Source: Mobula hypostoma
Lineage: Eukaryota
Reading direction: 5' to 3'
DNA length: 64,000 nucleotides
Assembly: GCF_963921235.1 (NCBI RefSeq)
Contig: NC_086100.1
Span: 204,850,001-204,914,000, forward strand
Below are positions 36,345 through 48,409 of the stretch, piece by piece (the stretch's first letter is position 1; each line of letters begins with the position of its first letter). The notes below the pieces were generated by a model. That model saw only the letters and a list, made by a program, of their open reading frames with translations, had not been told where the DNA came from and did no database searches. A program made the translations under genes and the position numbers.

Positions 36345-39300
36345 ATAGAAAAAAAAACATAGAAACTACGGCACAGAAACGGGCCTTTTGGCCCTTCTTG
36401 ACTGTACCGAACCATTTTCTGCCTAGTCCCACTGACCTGCACACGGACCATATCCCTCCATGCACCTCCCATCCATGTATCTGTCCAATTTATTCTTAAA
36501 TGTTAAAAAAGAACCCGCATTTACCACCTCGTCTGGCAGCTCATTCCATACTCCCACCACTCTCTGTGCGAAGAAGTCCCCCATAACGTTCCCTTTAAAC
36601 TTTCCCCCCCTCACCCTTAACCCATGTCCTCTGTTTTTTTTCTCCCCATGCCTCAGTGGAAAAAGCCTGCTTGCATTAACTCTATCAATACCCATCATAA
36701 TTTTATATACCTCTATCAAATCTCCCCTCATTCTTCTACGCTCCAGGGAATAAAGTCCTAACCTATTCAACCTTTCTCTGTAGCTGAGTTTCTCAAGTCC
36801 CAGCAACATCCTTGTAAACCTTCTCTGCACTATTTTAACTTTATTTATATCGTTCCTGTAATTTGCTGACCAAAACTGAACACTATACTCCAAATTCGGC
36901 CTCACCAATGCCTTATACAACCTCATCATAACATTTCAGCTCTTATACCCAATACTTCGATTAATAAAGGCCAATGTACCAAAAGCTCTCTTTACGACCC
37001 TATCTACCTGTGACGCCACTTTTAGAGAATTTTGTATCTGTATTCCCAGATTCCTCTGTTCCACTGCACTCCTCAGTGCCTTACCATTAACCCTGTATGT
37101 TCTACCTCGGTTGGTCCTTCCAACATGCAATACCTCACACTTGTCAGTATTAAACTCCATCTGCCATTTTTCAGCCCATTTTTCCAGATGGTCCAAGTCC
37201 CTCTGCAGGCTCTGAAAACCTTCCTCACTGTCTACTACACCTCCAGTCTTTGTATCATCAGCAAATTTGCTGATCCAATTTACCACATTATCATCCGGAT
37301 CATTGATATAGATGACAAATAACAATGGACCCAGCACTGATCCCTGTGGCACACCACTAGTCACAGGCCTCCACTCGGAGAAGCAATTCTCTACTACCAC
37401 TCTTTGGCTTCTTCCATTGAGCCAATGTCTAATCCAATTTACCACCTGTTACGTACCCCGTAACTGGGTTGCCAAACCAGCAGAAATGGACCACTTAGTT
37501 GGAGTCTGGATGACTGAAACTAAGAAAGTTTTATTAAAGAAGTAAGCAACACAGTACTCTAATCATAAGGATATAAATGCAACAGGTTAGCAATGGTAAA
37601 ACACACATGTACACAGAACTAGGATAATAGGATCAATCAAACTCAATCGCAGTCCAGGGGTAAAATGATTAGTCTCAAGTGACGCAGAGTTCAGTTCAGT
37701 TTAGTTCAGTTCGCAGTAATCACTGTTGTGCCGTTGGGGAAAGAGAATGAATATGCAAATCCGATTCGGACCGACCTTTGTTCTTCACAGTTAGCTTTCA
37801 GCGCAAGCCCTTTTTAATGTCTTCTGAGATCACCGACTGTGACCCCTCCGTTCCGGATACAATCGTTCTTCTGCGATGAACCCGGCACCCAGGCAAGGGT
37901 GGACATTCACACCAGGTTCCCGCCGATCGTACCTACTCACCCTGTGCGTCTGTGGTTGGTCTCGCGCCAGACCTCCAAAACTTCCACCAACTTGTGGGGG
38001 CACACCGCTTTTCCTGGGTCTCGTTCCCTCGTCGTGTCGTGGTGTGGTGGTGTGTCCTTTTATCCCTCAGCTGGGGTATCGCCTGTCCATCAAACTTCAA
38101 ACAGTTCGGTTTCAAAGCAACCCGTCTGACAATACTTGGAACTGTGTCTCCTTTCGTTAATCTCTCTCGTCTTCCATTAACATTTCTGAATGTTCCCCCA
38201 TTGTCTTCCTTATCTGCCTCAATCTTCTGATAATTTGCTATTTTGTCACACACCTCTCCATGTATACCTAGCGACTGAATTTTCCTAACTAACCTTGTAT
38301 GCGGGACCTTGTCAAAGGCCTTACTGAAGTCCATGTAGACAATGTTCGCTGCCTTCCCTTCATCCACTTTCCTGGTAACCTCCTCGAAAAACTCCAATAG
38401 TTTGGTCAAACATGACCTACCACGCACAAAGCCATGTTGACTCTCCCTAATAAGACCTTGTCTATCCAAATGCTTGTAGATTCTGTCTCTTAGTACTCCC
38501 TCCAATAACTTACCTACTATCGACGTTAAACTTACTGGTCTATAATTTCCCGATTGCTTTTCGATCCTTTTTTAAACAACGGAACAACATGAGCCACTCT
38601 CCAATCCTCCGGAACCTCACCTGTAGACAGCAACATTTTAAATATTTCTGCCAGGGCCCCCGCAATTGCAACACTAGTCTCCTTCAAGGTCCGAGGGAAC
38701 ACCCTGTCAGGTCCCGGGGATTTATCCACTTTAATTTTCCTCAAGACAGCAAGGACCTCCTCCTTTTCGATCTGTACAGTTTCCATGATCTGACTACTTG
38801 TTTCCCTTAATTCCATAGACTTCATGCCAGTTTCCTTAGTAAATACAGACGCAAAAAACCTGTTTAAGATCTCCCCCATTTCCTTTGGTTCCGTACATAG
38901 CTGACCACTCTGGTCTTCAAGAGGACCAATTTTATCCCTTACAATCCTTTTGCTCTTAATATACCTGTAAAAGCTCTTTGGATTATCCTTCACTTTGACT
39001 GCCAAGGCAACCTCATGTCTTCTTTTAGCACTCCTGATTTCTTTCTTAAGTATTTTCTTGCACTTTTTATACTCCTCAGGCACCTTATTTACTCCCTGCT
39101 TCCTATACATTTCATACAACTCCCTCTTCTTCTTTATCAGAATTGCAATATCCCTTGAGAACCAAGGTTACTTATTCCTATTCATTTTGCCTTTAATCCT
39201 GACAGGAACATACAAATTCTGCACTCTCAAAATTTCTCCTTTGAAGGCTTCCCACCTACCGATCACATCCTTGCCAGAGAACAACCTGTCCCAATCCACG

Positions 39301-40253
39301 CTTTTTCGATCCTTTCTCATTTCTTCAAATTTGGACTTCTTCCAGTTAAGAACCTCAACCCTAGGACCAGGTCTATCCTTGTCCATGATCAAGTTGAAAC
39401 TAATGGTGTTATGATCACTGGAACCAAAGTGCGCCCCTACACAGACTTCTGTCACTTGTCCTAACTCGTTTCCTAACAGGAGATCAAATATTGCATCCCC
39501 TCTAGTTGGTCCCTTTATATATTGATTTAGAAAACTTTCCTGAACACATTTTACAAACTCTAAGCCATCTAGACCCCTAACAGTATGGGAGACCCAATCA
39601 ATATATGGAAAATTTAAATCCCCTACCACCACAACTTTATGTTTCCTGCAGTTGCCTGCTATCTCTCTGCAGATTTGCTCTTCCAATTCTCGTTGACTAT
39701 TGGGTGGTCTGTAATACAATCCCACTAATGTGGCCATACCTTTCCTGTTTCTCGGCTCCACCCATAAGGACTCAGTAAACAAGCCCTCTAATCTGTCTGG
39801 CCTGAGCACTGCTGTAATATTTTCCCTAACAAGCAATGCTACTCCCCCACCTTTCATTCCTCTGCCTCGATCACATCTGAAACATCGGAACCATGGAATA
39901 TTAAGCTGCCAGTCCTGCCCCTCCTGTAGCCAAGTTTCACTAACTGCTATAATGTCATAATTCCATGTGTCAATCCACGCCCTCAACTCATCCGCCTTCC
40001 CCGCAATACTCCTAGCATTGAAATATATACACCTCAGTAGATTTTTACCACTACTCACAACCTTTCTATTAGCGGATTTGCTTGAACTTTTAACATCATT
40101 TATTTTCACCCCAGCCACACTGTCAGCTCTGGCACTCTGGTTCCCATCCCCCTGCAAATCTAGTTTAAAGCCTCCCCAATAGCATTAACAAACCTCCCTG
40201 AAAGGATATTGGTCCCCCTGTAGTTCAAGTGTAACTCGTCTCTCTTGTACAGG
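36345..40253 (-). mobile_element. CR1 LINE, full ORF2 span, interrupted by the solo LTR at 37447-38250
   Basis: ORFs 39168-40157 (APE), 38532-39119, 37933-38505, 36936-37445 and 36423-36929. Confidence 0.95.
37447..38250 (-). mobile_element. Solo LTR (804 bp), TG...CA, 4-bp TSD CACC
   Basis: CACC at 37443-37446 and 38251-38254; interrupts the CR1 RT cleanly; minus-strand AATAAA near 37530; divergent relative of the 45686 LTR. Confidence 0.9.
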
Positions 40254-40566
40254 TCATCATCTAGCTACAGGAAAGATTTATTTAAGGTTGCCGGAGTACA
40301 AGGAAAATGTATAATGATGTTCCTGCGATTGGAGGATCCGAGTTATAAGGGAAGATTGAATAGGTTACGAGTTATGATATTGTTCCTTGGAACGCAGCAG
40401 ATCTGGGGGAGATTTAATAGTGGTCTACAAAACCATGGTGGGTATAGATGGGGTAGATGTGGTGGAGGGATGGACATGGGGGACATGACATTTTAGATCT
40501 GATCAGCCATGCTCTCATTATCTGCAGCAAGAGTTTCAAGGGGCCGTGAGGTCGACTTATCCGTGT

Positions 40567-41193
40567 TATAGTCATAGACATACTCATAGTCATACTTTAT
40601 TGTTCCCCGGGGGAAATTGGTTTTCGTTACAGTTGCACCATAAATAATAAATAGTAATAGAACCATAAATAGTTAAATATTAGTATGTAAATTATGCCAG
40701 CAAATTATGAAATAAGTCTAGGACCAGCCTATTGGCTCAGGGTGTCTGACCCTCCAAGGGAGGAGTTGTAAAGTTTGATGGCCACAGGCAGGAATGACTT
40801 CCTATGACGCTCTGTGCTGCATCTCAGTGGAATGAGTCCCTGGCCGAATGTACTCCTGTGCCCAGCCAGTACATTATGTAGTGGATGGGAGACATTGACC
40901 AAGATGGCATGGAACTTAGACAGCATCCTCTTTTCAGACACCTTATTTACTCCCTGTTTCCTATACATGTCATACAACTCTCTCTTCTTCTTTATCAGAG
41001 TTGCAATATCCCTTGAGAACCAAGGTTCCTTATTCCTATTCACTTTGCCTTTAATCCTGACAGGTACATACAAGCTCAGCACTCTCAAAATTTCTCCTTT
41101 GAAGGCTTCCCTGCTACCGATCACATCCTTGCCAGAGAACAACCTGTCCCAATCTACGCTTTTTAGATCCTTTCTCATTTCTTCAAATTTGGC
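40567..41193 (-). mobile_element. Chimera: Rex1/Babar 3' end (40567-40941) joined to a CR1 internal piece (40942-41193)
   Basis: 40600-40941 matches the reverse complement of ~1609-2040; 40942-41193 matches ~39084-39333; fused ORF 40729-41217. Confidence 0.85.
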
Positions 41194-41832
41194 TAACGCT
41201 TTATTGTCTCTGCACAAACAACAACGTAACTCTGTTGATCCCAGGCCAATAGCTTAGAACATGAATTCTACTTTTCCCTCTGTACTAATACTCACTGACA
41301 CAACTTGTCCGATTTACAACATCGAAATATTGGTTCCCCATTGCCTAGATGATCGACCTTTCTTCGCCCAGCCCCCGGCATGGGGTTCCTTCTTGAGATG
41401 GTGGGTTGCTAGACAGAGTTATCGATGATCGCCCACTGGAAGTGTCCTCTTTTATATTTCTTCCTTACCAATTCAAATATTGCATTCCAGTGCCATTGGC
41501 TGTAGGTCATCTGATTGACCTTTAACAGCTTTTTATGGGCTCTGCTCTAGGCCTGCATCAATTTATTGCCCTCTTCCTATTAAGTGACAGTCAATTATTT
41601 ATGGCTTTTTGTTCTCTTCAGTAACCAGCTCCAGACATTTTCAAACCTACATGTTATGTTATATCACAGAACACCTGACAAATAACTTCTTATTTGGAAA
41701 TGATCTCCAGTCCCGCAGATTACCTGAAGTATCACTGTGTCTTCTTTAAAACACTGAAAACAAAGCAACTCCATCTCACAAAACGGAGGATGTAAAACAG
41801 TTTCATAAAAAGGTAACCTCCATCTCCAAGCA

Positions 41833-43243
41833 CATTAGATTAGATTCATTAGATTAGATTCAACTTTATTGTCATTGTGCAGAGCACAGATACAAAGCCA
41901 ATGAAATGCAGTTAGCATCTGATCAGAAATGCAAAGAATAGTGTTATTTGCAAAATAACTGCGAATAAAAAGTAAGTGCTACAGCATACAAATATAAAAG
42001 TACTGAGACAGTACAATATGGGTGCAATACTGCTTAGCGCTGTGATGTGAGGTTCAGCAGGGTCACAGCCTCAGGGAAGAAGCTCTTCCTGTGCCTGCTG
42101 GTGCGGGAGCGGAGGCTCCTGTAGCGCATATCGGATGGGCGGAGAGCAAAAAGTCCATGGTTAGGGTGAGATGCATCCGTGATAATCCGCTGCCCAGGCA
42201 GCGTTTATGGTAGATGTTCTCAATGGTGGGCAATTGGGTTCCGATAATCCGCTGGGCAGTCTTACCACACGCTGGAGTGCTTTGCGGTCTGATATGCGAC
42301 AATTGCCATATCACACTGAGATGCAGTTGGTGCGTATGCTCTCAATGTTACAGCGGTAAAAGTCCGTCAGTATCCTGGGACAGAGGTGAGCGCCTTTTTG
42401 ATCAGGATTGAGGAGTTCAGGGACCAGGTGAGATCCTCGGTAATGTGGACACCAAGGAATTTGAAGCCTGATACACGCTCGACTACAGCTCCGTTGATGT
42501 AGATGGGGACGTGAGTGTGGCTGCTAGCATGCCTGAAGTCCACAATGATTTCCTTGGTCTTCTGGGTGTTAAGGACCAGGTTGTTGTCGGCGCACCATGC
42601 GACCAGGTGCTGGACCTCGTCCCTGTAGGCCGTCTCGTCATCCCCTCTGATCAGGCCAACCACCGTGGTGTCGTCTGCGAACTTAATTATGCAGTTAGAA
42701 CCATGTACAGAAACACAGTCATATGTGAAAAGGGGGTACAGAAGAGGGCTCAGCACATAGCCTTGAGGCACGCCGGTGTTCAGGGTGAGAGTGGAGGAGG
42801 AGAGGCTGTCTAACTTAACTGATTGGGGTCTGTTAGTCAGACAGTAAAGGTTCATTTGCAGAGGGATGAGCTGATACCAAGCTGGCGAAGTTTGGCGATC
42901 AGCTTGGAGGGTTCACAGTATTGAATGCCGAACTAAAGTCAATGAACAGCATTCTGACGTAAGAGTTGGGGCTGTCCAGGTGGGTCAGGGCAGAGTGAAG
43001 TGCCGTGGAGATGGCGTCCTCTGTTGACCTGTTGGTGCGATATGAAAACTGATTGGGGTACAGGGTAGTGGGCAGACAGGATTTCGGATGTGATAGAACG
43101 AAAGCACTTTGCAATGATGGGGGGTGAATACAACGGGACAGAAGTCATTCAGGCCCGTGGCAATGGAATGCTTCGGCACTGGCACGATGGTGGCGATCTT
43201 GAAGATTGTGGGGACAACTGCCTGGGCCAGAGAGAGGGACATT
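41833..43243 (-). mobile_element. Rex1/Babar-type LINE (second family), decayed RT region and 3' end
   Basis: ORFs 42985-43278, 42899-43114 ([14 protein letters not shown]) and 42367-42855 (GVPQG.VLSP, FADD, FKFLGVHI); (AATCT)n tail. Confidence 0.9.
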
Positions 43244-43324
43244 AAAGAAACAAAGACAATTGATCTATCTGCTTCCACTGTCCTTGACCTATTCTTCTAT
43301 ATTTTAAATACAACATGACCAACA

Positions 43325-43760
43325 CCAGTATTCACTGGAATTCTGAAGGATGAGAGGTGACCTGATTGAAACTTCATCGAATCGTGAAAGTCCTTGATGC
43401 AGTGGATGTGGGGAGGATGTTTTCTGTGGTGGGGGAGCCCAAGGCCATAGGATAAAGCCTTAGAATAGAGAGGCGTCGCTTTAGAACGGAGATGAGGAAG
43501 AATATCTTTAGCTAGGGAGAGGCGAATCTGAGGAATTCTTTGCCACAGTCAGTTGTGGGTGTCAGATCATTATATATATATATATAATATCGTATTTTAC
43601 AGCAGCGATTGATAAATTGTTGATTGGTCAGAGCATGAATGAACACTGGGAGAAGGTGGGAGATGGAACCAAAATAATATTGGATCAGACATGTTGAAAT
43701 GGCGGAGCAGACTCGATGGGCTGAATGATTTAAGTCTGTTCCTATATATTCGGGTCTAAT
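43325..43760 (+). mobile_element. Decayed CR1 3' end
   Basis: aggatgagaggtgacctgattgaaac... and a CR1-type 3' UTR. Confidence 0.75.
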
Positions 43761-44089
43761 GGACTTTCAAGAAGGACAGATCCCACAAGTTTTTCCAGCG
43801 GGGTGTGGATTAGTAAGCCCTGCTTGTGAAATGAAACCCGCTGTTAACCGTGGGCGAGCGGATTTCTCGTGGCAACAGGTGCCCGAATGGAAACGCAATA
43901 ATATCTTAATGCCATTCCTGAAAAATGAATGCTAATAAACTCCCCTGAATCGAGACGCTCTGAGAAAACCTTTAATCAAATTTGTTCCAGTTGAGTGGAA
44001 ATAAATTGTTGAACGTGTTTGGTTTAATTTCAGTAGACAGGTGGCTCCCTGTACCGGGTCAGATGAGGGAAGTTTGAGCTGAAACTCTA

Positions 44090-44787
44090 CAGTGGCATAC
44101 AAACGTTTGGGCACCCCTGGTCAAAATTTCCGTTACTGTGAATAGCTAAGCGAGTAAAGGATGACCTGATTTCCTAAGGCATAAAGTTATAGATGACACA
44201 TTTCTTTAATATTTTAAGCAAGATTACTTTTTTTATTTCCATCTTTTACAGTTTCAAAATAAGAAAAAAGGATAAGGGCCCGAAACTAAGGTTTGGGCAC
44301 CCTGCATGGTCAGTACTTAGTAACACCCTCTTTGGCAAGTATCACAGCTTGTAAACGCTTTTTGTAGCCAGCTCAGACTCTTTCAATTCTTGTTTGGGGG
44401 ATTTTTCCTGGCAAAAGGCTCCTAGTTCTGTGAGATTCTTAGGCTGTCTTGCATGCACTGTTCTTTTGAGGTCTATCCACAGATTTTCGATGATATTTAA
44501 GTCGGGGGATTGTGAGGGCCATGGCAAAACCTTCAGCTCGCGCCTCTTGAGGTAGTCCATTGTGGATTTTGGGGTGTGTTTAGGATCATTATCCTGTTTT
44601 AGAAGGCATCCTCTTTTCATCTTCAGCATTTTTTACAGATTTTTTATCTCCGAGCATACATTTGCTCATTGAGACCAAAATTCAGCGTCAGAAGTTTGCA
44701 AAGGAACATCCAAACATCCAAACAAGTATCTGATGCATTTTGGAAACAAGTCCTGTAGACTGATGAAGTTAAAATAGAACTTTTTGA
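44090..44787 (-). mobile_element. Tc1/mariner remnant: one IR/DR-type end plus transposase fragments
   Basis: TA|CAGTGG terminus; direct repeat GTTTGGGCACCC at ~44105 and ~44291; ORF 44342-44629 (QDNDPKHT..WPSQSPDLNIIENLW); DAFWKQVL*TDEVKIELF on the + strand at ~44731-44784. Confidence 0.88.
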
Positions 44788-45685
44788 CCGAGCGAACACC
44801 GGGGTTGGGGGTGGTATTACGGACTACAGCTTGGACGTAACGCCACATTGCCTCTGGTGGAGTGTAACGAATCTGACGCCTCTCCACTGGGCGGCTGTAA
44901 ACAAGCGATGCCGCAGCTTGAGCCCCAGTCCTTGCTACGACGAGGCCACGCAGCTACCCCGCCGTTTGCTAATAGATCATTGAATCGGTGTTAGACCATT
45001 GCACACTGACAATGTCCAAGAGTATCTTGCTATCACAATAAAGGAGTTTAAGACGATCGTTCCCTGTTAGTCTGCACACCACCTCGGAAGCCGACCCCTC
45101 CAATACCTCTCTGAAGCAGGTAGCAGCACGATCCACACCAAGTCCAGCTCCTTCACTTTCTTGCCCAACGAGCAACTCACTGACGCGGTAAGCCAGCAAT
45201 ACTGAAAGTTCTTAATGTTCAGGAGGAACATTATTACAAACGTTTACAAAGAACAATAACACCTACGGGGAGGGGGATATTACAAAAGTGTTGGAAAGTA
45301 GCAAGTGTATCCAGGTGAGTGGGTGTGATAGTCAGATGGACGCTGGCATGTTACAGCGCTCTATGTTCGTACGTTTGTTTTCCGTTATTTATATTAATCA
45401 TTTGGATGCGAATGCACAGGTCTTGATCAATACGTTTGCTGGTGACACATTATTCGCAAGACTTGTTGATACTGAAGAAGATTATCTTATATAATGGGGG
45501 ATCTTGATCGATTAGGAAAGAGGACGGAGGCGTGCCAAATAGACTTTAATAAAGTTGAATGTGAGATGGTGCATTTCGGAAAACAAACCTACGTAGAATT
45601 TGTTCTAGGTCGCCAGCGAGTGTCATGGAGCAGAGGGACTGAGGACTGTAATGAATAGTTCGCTCAATGTGGGGTCACAAGCTGG

Positions 45686-46355
45686 TGTCACGTACCCCGT
45701 GACGGGAATAAAGAACCAGCAGAAATAGAAAACACTTTGGGGTCCAGTATTGCTATTGTGAGGGGATCCAGAAGTGCCCCTATTAGCTGGTCGAAGAGAG
45801 ACAGACAGAGTCATTTATCATTGATGACTTGTTTTGAAAAGAGGGAGAGACGAAGATTGACGGTTGGTCTGTCACGGGAGGTAAGATTGCAGTTTTACTT
45901 TGGAGATAACACTGAGCAGCTCGAAGGTTGCTACGGTGACCGACAGGACATTATTGATGTTACTTCCAAGGACTTGTTGCCTACTCGAATTCCTTTACAC
46001 ACAAAGGAAGGAGGGACACTTTGAATGACAGGTGATGCTCAGCCCGGTGAGATAAATAGGAGGTCAGATGATACAGACCTCAGACAAATGATCTGGACAC
46101 TGAATGAGCATTGTTGTGCCCGCAGAGAAGGTGGGTTTTGGAGGATCGATCAGGCGGATCAATCCAATTGCTCTGCCAGTGAAAATTCAATGGCAAGACC
46201 GGTGGGGAGTTGTCCATGTGTCCGACCCTGGACTGGGTAGACAGCTCCACCACACCGAAGTACGGTCCCCTTTGTTGTTAAGTCACAGTCGGTGACTTGT
46301 GAAGGATTTCGGAGGACGACGAGAAAACCGACGGCAACAGCTCATCTGAATACTC

Positions 46356-46392
<37 letters not shown>

Positions 46393-47545
46393 TATTCAAC
46401 TAAATTCCACGAAATGAAATGAACTGAACTTTACTCAACATCGTAACACTGTATCATTTTACCCCTAGACTTAAAGAAGCTTGGTTTTTCATACATATTT
46501 TTCCACACTTACTGATTCACTTACTCATATATATAATTATTGCTAACCTGCTTGATGTATGTTGCTTGAATTTCCAGCATCTGCAGAATTCCTGTTGTTT
46601 GATTTATCTTCACTTACTTTACTGTATTGCGTAGTTATTAATAAATGTTATTAGATTATAGCAATACATAGACTCCAAAGTGTTTTTTATTTCTGCTGGT
46701 TCTTTATTCCCGTCACGGGGTACATGACACAATTAACTAATAATATTTATTAGTAAGTACGCAATACAGTAATATAAATGTAGTTCAATCAAACAGGTTA
46801 GCAATGATTATATATATAAGTAAGTAAATCAGTAACTGTGGAAATATATGTGGAAAATCAAGCTTCCTTAAGTCTAGGGGTAAAAAGATATAGTCTTACG
46901 ATGATGAGTAAAGTTCAGTTCTGTTCAGTTCAGTTCCTGGTGTTGAGTTGAGTAGTGATGGAGAGAAGAGAGAGAGGGGGAGATTTGAGTCTTTAGTTGA
47001 GTTGACGCTGTCGATCTTCCCGTTGTCCTCCGAAATCCTTTAAAAGTCACCGACTGTGACCACAACAAAGGGGGCCTGTTTTCTGTGGTGGAGCTGTCAC
47101 GCAGGCAAGGGTGGACACGTAGACAACTTCCCACCGGTCACTGCCTTTCATTTTCACTGCAAGAGCCGCTGATTGAACTGCCTGATCGATCCTCGAAAAA
47201 CCCACTTTTTCTGCTGGCACAACAAAGCTCATTCAGTGTCCCAGAACATGTGTCTGAGGTCTATCATCTGACCTCCTATTTTATCTTCCCGTGCAGAGCA
47301 TCAACTGTCACTCAAATTACTCCTCCTTCCTTTGTCTGCGTAAGAAATGCACAAGCGGGCAAATATCCTTGAAGAAAGTATAAACACGCTGCCGAAAAAT
47401 CATAACATCGATCGTCCGTCAGATAACGCCCTCCGTCACCATAGCAACTTACGAGCTGCTCGGTTCCATCTCCAACTCAGCAGAAATCCAAAAGTTAGCC
47501 AGTTCTTTCTTGTGCCTTAAAGTGACAGTCCAACAGTTAGTATTC

Positions 47546-47630
<85 letters not shown>

Positions 47631-47713
47631 AAAACAACATTTCGGTGTTAGATAACACCTTCTCTCTCTTTTCAAAAACACTGTTCATAGGGGTAATTCA
47701 GGACCCTGTCACA
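45686..47713 (-). mobile_element. Solo LTR (outer), TG...CA, 4-bp TSD CTGG, split by the inner LTR
   Basis: CTGG at 45682-45685 and 47714-47717; collinear with 24038-24860; contains a (CT)n microsatellite at ~47546-47626. Confidence 0.9.
45757..46729 (+). mobile_element. Solo LTR (inner, opposite orientation, same family)
   Basis: TGTGAG...CATGACA; flanks CTAT/CAAT (TSD with 1 mismatch); TATA-like ATAAATA near 46052; AATAAA at 46640-46645. Confidence 0.88.
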
Positions 47714-48409
47714 CTGGTGAAGACGGCGTTTATCCCGCCGGCTTTCATCAGTCAAGACACTATGAGTGCAGGAGCTAGGACATTATATTGCTGTCGTATA
47801 TGTCGTAAGGGAGTCAATGTTTGCCGTACTAAGCATAGTTTTGGCCGTTACTTTCTGGAAATTACTGCGATAAACTGCAAATAATTCAAAGATTTCCGAT
47901 TATGTTTTTAGTATTAGAAGGCTTGAGTTAGAAGGAGACGATGACCACTCTTTTTCTTTACTCCTTTGAATATAGGAGAATGAACAACGACATTACAGAA
48001 GTGTTTTAAATTTTGAATGGCAGGAATCTGATGGATATTAGCAGTCATTTTCCGAAGTCAAGGGAGACCAAACGACATAGATTAAGTATGAGAGGTAAAG
48101 GTTTAAAAGGGCCATGGACAGCAAATTTCTGACGCAGGGCTATATAGCAACATAGGCCTTACGCAGGAAATCGGGCAATCTGTCTTGGTACACAAGTCGG
48201 CATGGATTCGTTGGGCCGAAGGGCCTTTATAAATGGTGCATTTATCTCTGAATCTATCGGCGAGATGCGCCAGATGTTACTGGACAGGCAAGATGTAGAA
48301 TTTACTCGTAATTGGTCATACTTGGGTCCTAAGCGAACTGCAGCACTGATGAAGGGAATGGAGGTACTTTCATAGTTGCAAAGTAATCATCTTCCTTCTT
48401 CATATAAAC

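Larger units (their letters stand above)
45250..48260 (+). mobile_element. Very old CR1 3' half, host of the nested LTRs
   Basis: ORF 45288-45494 (VIYINHLD..FAGDT); resumes after 47717; CR1 3' UTR near 48200. Confidence 0.65.
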
